Assembly: GCA_963705105.1 (NCBI GenBank)
Contig: CAVPIW010000005.1
Span: forward strand, 288,001 to 352,000
DNA: 64,000 nucleotides
DNA from: an uncultured Nitrospiraceae bacterium
Lineage (GTDB): Bacteria > Nitrospirota > Thermodesulfovibrionia > Thermodesulfovibrionales > Dissulfurispiraceae
Direction: 5' to 3'
The notes under the pieces are model-generated. The model was given only the letters and a program-made list of their open reading frames with translations. It ran no database searches and had not been told where the DNA came from. Both the position numbers and the translations under genes were made by a program. This document shows, piece after piece, positions 61,089 to 64,000 of the stretch (position 1 is its first letter; each line of letters begins with the position of its first letter).

Positions 61089-61445
61089 GTCATTCCCCGG
61101 CTTGACCGGGGAATCCAGATAGTATGGCCTCATACAGATCTTTCCACTCAGGGTTCCTTTCCTCAATGAGGTCTGTTTTCCACCGGCGGTTGTACTTCTT
61201 CAATCTCTTCTCTCGCCGGATGGCATGTTCAACATCCATGAAGTGTTCATAGTAGACAAGTTTATCAACACCATACCGTTCTGTAAATCCTTTCGCCACC
61301 TTATTCTTGTGTTCCCACACCCGTTTTATCAAATCAGACGTGACTCCTACATACATCGTGCCATTCCGCTGACTCGCCAGTATGTAAACGTAGAAGTTCT
61401 TTTCCAATGAAGAACCTGGATTCCCCGGTCAAGCCGGGGAATGAC
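61089..61445. mobile_element. REP-bounded cassette carrying a GIY-YIG gene
   Basis: Perfect 30-bp IRs gtcattccccggcttgaccggggaatccag (61089-61118) / ctggattccccggtcaagccggggaatgac (61416-61445). Confidence 0.8.
61090..61407 (-). CDS. Small GIY-YIG nuclease family protein
   Basis: FYVYILAS..GTMYVGVTSDL.KRVWEHK..LVYYE..AIRREKRLK..NPEW.DL. Confidence 0.9.
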   Translation of the reverse strand: MEKNFYVYILASQRNGTMYVGVTSDLIKRVWEHKNKVAKGFTERYGVDKLVYYEHFMDVEHAIRREKRLKKYNRRWKTDLIEERNPEWKDLYEAILSGFPGQAGE

Positions 61446-61537
61446 AGTCTCCCAAGCGTTCAATTACCACACAATTTCTGCAATTCTCCATTTTCCTGAG
61501 ACCCTTCGCCATTCCGCAATTCTCTGTCTCAACCCCC

Positions 61538-62623
61538 TTACCCCGCCGGGACCGTGATGATCGGGGCGCCCTCCTTGCCTCCCGTCTCGGTAAGGGAAAA
61601 GATGAACATCAGGAACGAAAAGAGCGACTTCGAGCGCACGTCGCGGTCATCGATCCAGAACCAGTGATTCCGATAGGGGACGGCAATGAAGGCGTCAGCG
61701 GGTTTCCCCGCTGAACTCTGGATCCTGATGAGCGGAGCAACGTGGGCGCCCTGCGCCGTCTCCTCAAGCATGGTCGGGGTCACCCGCTTTTCCTCCACGT
61801 GCACGGCCGGCACCTCGATGGTTGACGCCAGATCGATGATGATCTCGAGCATTGACCGGCTCAACATGGCGATCTCCCTGTCGTCTTTGGCTATTGAACC
61901 ATAGGCGATCCTGAATTCATCCGCTGCGAGGTCGAGGCCGAGTGTTTTACGGACAAAGCCGATGTCCTCCTCCAGTGACGGATCGACCTTCCCCCGGAAG
62001 CCCATCAGCACCCCTTCCGTCTCGTTCGTCCTCTGGACCCTTAGCCCTATGGCGCCGGAGTTCTGGATCTTCCGCAATCTCTCCAGGAGAGGGTAGAACT
62101 CAGGGTCGGCAGGGCGTGCCCGCGCAGTGCCTCCGAAGCGGTTTCTGACACCGTTGACGGAGTGGACGCAGATCCGCAGGACGAGATCGATGGGATAGCC
62201 CCCCTGGATCAGGCTCAGTATGGCAGGCGGCGGGATCGGCTTCATCAGGCTCCGGGTAAATTTCTCTCCGCTGAGCGGCATATAGGTGATGGTGGGCCGG
62301 TCGACATACCGCACGGCGGCCCCCGTTGACTGCGCGTTTGTCCCGGCCTGCACCACGGGATTCACCCAGGTGAGCCTGAGGTCCACCTGGCTCTCCACGG
62401 AGTACTGGTTGATCACCGAGGCGACGTCGAGGAAGACGGGCGTGTCGCCATACCGCAGCTTCACCGTGTTGATGAGCATCTGCTGCTTCCAGGAGTCCCC
62501 AAGAGCCCCCGTATAGTCGAAGCGGTCGTGTACGACCGTTTTTGGCCCGATGCCCCCGCAGCCGGAGAGAACGAACAGACTGAGTGAAAGGGTAATCAGC
62601 ATTAACATTTTGACGGATTTCAT
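61538..62623 (-). CDS. Hypothetical lipoprotein
   Basis: Lipobox LSGC; DRFDY..LINTVKLRY.DTPVFL..PTITYMPLSGE. Confidence 0.78.
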   Translation of the reverse strand: MKSVKMLMLITLSLSLFVLSGCGGIGPKTVVHDRFDYTGALGDSWKQQMLINTVKLRYGDTPVFLDVASVINQYSVESQVDLRLTWVNPVVQAGTNAQSTGAAVRYVDRPTITYMPLSGEKFTRSLMKPIPPPAILSLIQGGYPIDLVLRICVHSVNGVRNRFGGTARARPADPEFYPLLERLRKIQNSGAIGLRVQRTNETEGVLMGFRGKVDPSLEEDIGFVRKTLGLDLAADEFRIAYGSIAKDDREIAMLSRSMLEIIIDLASTIEVPAVHVEEKRVTPTMLEETAQGAHVAPLIRIQSSAGKPADAFIAVPYRNHWFWIDDRDVRSKSLFSFLMFIFSLTETGGKEGAPIITVPAG

Positions 62624-62643
62624 AGTTCTTGTGCTCCGGCACG

Positions 62644-64000
62644 TCATAGAGGGTCCAGACGGAAGAAATGACACTGCCAGGGGCCCAGGGCAACGTACAG
62701 TCCGAAATCCCGCATGTCATCGCCATTCCTGTCGTAGCTCTCACCTGACAGCATATCGTTGAGACGCCAGGTCCTTCCTCTGAGCGCATCCCACGGCATG
62801 TGGACGAGCGCCTGAGCGGTTACTTCAGAGAAATTCACGATGATGAGATAACGCTCGTCGTCCTTGACCCAACACCAGCTTAACACATTGAGACAGCTCT
62901 GGTTGTCGGGCCATCCTGTCCGCTCGCAGAGGCGCCAATCGCCGTTCCGGAAAACATCATGGCCGAGTGCCTTCAGGAGGCCGCTATAGAAGGCCGCAAG
63001 GTCTGTATCGACGGGCTCCTCGGGGCGACGGCCCAAAAACACGGGCAGCCTCACCTTCATCCCCTCGGACTGCCCCTCGTGAAGCAGCCTCGCCCCGGTG
63101 AGCGTGAGGCTCACCACCGCCGCGGCCCGTTCCTTCTCAGTGCCGAACGTTGCCGCGGCCCTCGGCTCGTCGTGGTTCTCGATGAAGCGGACCATCCTCT
63201 CCTGGTAGGCGAGGTCTGCGCAGAGGTGAAGCCGAACGTCCTCGGCATTGCTGTGTTCGAGGCGGTCATAGAGCTTCTTGTCGTAGCAGTAGTCAAACCC
63301 CTGCTGCTGCAGCTCCCATTCGAGGTCCCAGTATGCTTCAGCGATGAACCTGAAGTCGGGATGCTTCGCTCTGACGGGCGGGATAAGGGTCGTCCAGTAG
63401 TCGCTCTCCGGCTTTTCACCGGCGCGCTGCCCCCAGGTCCGCTCGAAGATCGCGTTCAGCACGAGCATCGCCATGTCGCAGCGGATGCCGTCGCACTGCC
63501 CGGCGATGTCTGCAACCGTCCCGGCGATCGCCTGGCGCAGTCCCTGATCGAAGGCGTTCAACTGAAGCACATCGGGCCAGGCCGGAAAGTAGGGGTCCCG
63601 GCCGCAGGCGAAAACGTGGCCTCCCGCTTCAAAGAACGACGCCGGGTCTCTCTGCAGGTCATCGGCATCTCCGCGGATGAAATACCGGGGGTGTTCGAGT
63701 ACCCAGGGGTGATCAGGCGCCACGTGGTTCGGGACGAAATCAAGGATGAGCCGCATCCCCTTTTGACGGAGTATTTTCCGTGCCGCGGCGAGCCCCTCCG
63801 GGCCTCCGAGGTGACTGTCGACCACATATCTCCGCACGCAGTAAGGAGATCCGACAATGTCCTCCGTCCGAAGGTCGGGGAGGGCCCTGCGAAAGTCCGA
63901 CATGAGGCCCTCATTTTTCAACGCAACCTGAATGCCCGCCGGGCTCCGCTCCCAGACGCCCATGAACCAGACGGCATCGGCGCCGAGCGATGCCAGCAAA
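62644..64000 (-). CDS. Alpha-amylase family (GH13) protein, 5' end outside window
   Basis: DAVWFMGVW, LDFVPNH, DGIRCDMA, IAEAY, FIENHDE. Confidence 0.9.
   Translation of the reverse strand, partial: LLASLGADAVWFMGVWERSPAGIQVALKNEGLMSDFRRALPDLRTEDIVGSPYCVRRYVVDSHLGGPEGLAAARKILRQKGMRLILDFVPNHVAPDHPWVLEHPRYFIRGDADDLQRDPASFFEAGGHVFACGRDPYFPAWPDVLQLNAFDQGLRQAIAGTVADIAGQCDGIRCDMAMLVLNAIFERTWGQRAGEKPESDYWTTLIPPVRAKHPDFRFIAEAYWDLEWELQQQGFDYCYDKKLYDRLEHSNAEDVRLHLCADLAYQERMVRFIENHDEPRAAATFGTEKERAAAVVSLTLTGARLLHEGQSEGMKVRLPVFLGRRPEEPVDTDLAAFYSGLLKALGHDVFRNGDWRLCERTGWPDNQSCLNVLSWCWVKDDERYLIIVNFSEVTAQALVHMPWDALRGRTWRLNDMLSGESYDRNGDDMRDFGLYVALGPWQCHFFRLDPL

Overview
GC-rich bacterial chromosomal window. 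Gene content suggests an anaerobic Nitrospirota/Desulfobacterota-like organism (inference only). It carries housekeeping genes (tyrS, pdxA, purL, corA, ligA, cinA-family, dedA, apt, mtnP, sdhAB, pyrE, frameshifted mutL), a redox/metal-stress block (three c-type cytochromes, GH15, multicopper oxidase, TolC, PfpI, nitroreductase, SOD), a DUF3141-pta-ackA-fabI operon, DUF3300/DUF2950, VapBC and three tandem secreted fibre-like proteins with peptidase S74 chaperone tails. The top candidate is an unannotated small ORF at 46619 directly upstream of a radical SAM/SPASM gene. Its stop is the first of three in-frame UGAs spaced to continue a Cys register (C-H-K-U-K-G-U-K-S-U) and followed by a SECIS-like hairpin, i.e. 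a candidate poly-selenocysteine RiPP. Two more probable selenoproteins hidden by UGA (DsbC with UxxC; ArsS-like radical SAM with C-terminal U) have similar hairpins. Intergenic DNA is dense with small mobile repeats: a modular MITE family with CC..GG ends and 4-bp TSDs (about 11 copies, some nested), REP-dimer families, a GIY-YIG gene inside a perfect 30-bp REP inverted repeat, and a Y1 transposase with perfect 23-bp TIRs. All calls are by eye; no searches were run.
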